A stretch of 25,723 nt of DNA from contig JBHGBC010000084.1 in assembly GCA_041946805.1 (NCBI GenBank), positions 1 through 25,723 on the forward strand, written 5' to 3'. Numbering within the stretch: the first letter of the stretch is position 1; each line of letters opens with the position of its first letter. This stretch comes from a bacterium. Lineage in GTDB: Bacteria > Hinthialibacterota > Hinthialibacteria > Hinthialibacterales > Hinthialibacteraceae. The position numbers and the translations under genes were made by a program. The notes beneath the pieces are model-generated. The model ran no database searches and was not told where the DNA came from. It worked only from the letters and a program-made list of their open reading frames with translations. Below are positions 25,647 to 25,723 of this stretch, one piece after another.

Positions 25647-25723
25647 GGCTCATCCGGCAAGTGTGTACTTTTTTTCAGATCGCCGGTTCGCATCTCTTCG
25701 AAATGATTGATGAAAACCACCCC
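25647..25723. mobile_element. Second copy of the MITE (left end; cut off by the window edge)
   Basis: ggctcatccggcaagtgtgtactttttttcagatcgccggttcgcatctcttcgaaatgattgatgaaaaccacccc aligns with 4644-4719. Similarity starts exactly at the terminal GG and follows a T-rich tract. Confidence 0.8.

Noticed and set aside
4644..25723. Composite transposon or prophage attachment sites bounded by the two repeat copies
   Set aside because: The first copy has its own target duplication, the enclosed DNA includes housekeeping genes (glyQS, rpmE), and no transposase or integrase is present.

Overview
A 25.7 kb bacterial chromosome segment, mostly GC-rich. It could come from a PVC-like or candidate phylum, but the window cannot establish taxonomy. 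From left to right: (1) A visibly AT-rich minus-strand cassette (~660-4630) encoding a DUF1573-type lipoprotein, a secreted protein, a 149-aa exported protein with 12 cysteines and a polytopic GT-C-like membrane protein with STT3/AglB-like motifs. A downstream gene is interrupted by an in-frame TAA. (2) A 212-bp MITE (25-bp terminal inverted repeats, exact 8-bp target-site duplication) between this cassette and an ECF sigma factor gene. A second copy of the MITE begins at the right edge of the window. (3) A DUF4139-type protein, a hypothetical protein with OB-fold-like repeats, asnB, a polyprenol-kinase-like gene coupled to a DUF116-like gene, glyQS and a large secreted DUF4091/GH123-like glycosidase. 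(4) An MNT-HEPN toxin-antitoxin pair whose HEPN toxin has an in-frame TAG and is missing from the ORF track. (5) A hopanoid C-3 methylase-like radical SAM gene (hpnR), rpmE and two small genes. (6) Part of a bacterial microcompartment locus: a BMC-H shell protein, PduL, a flavoprotein-fold protein and an acylating aldehyde dehydrogenase, all three enzymes with N-terminal encapsulation peptides. The long intergenic regions are mosaics of several REP-like palindrome families. No rRNA, tRNA or CRISPR array was seen. All family calls come from motif recognition, not database searches.
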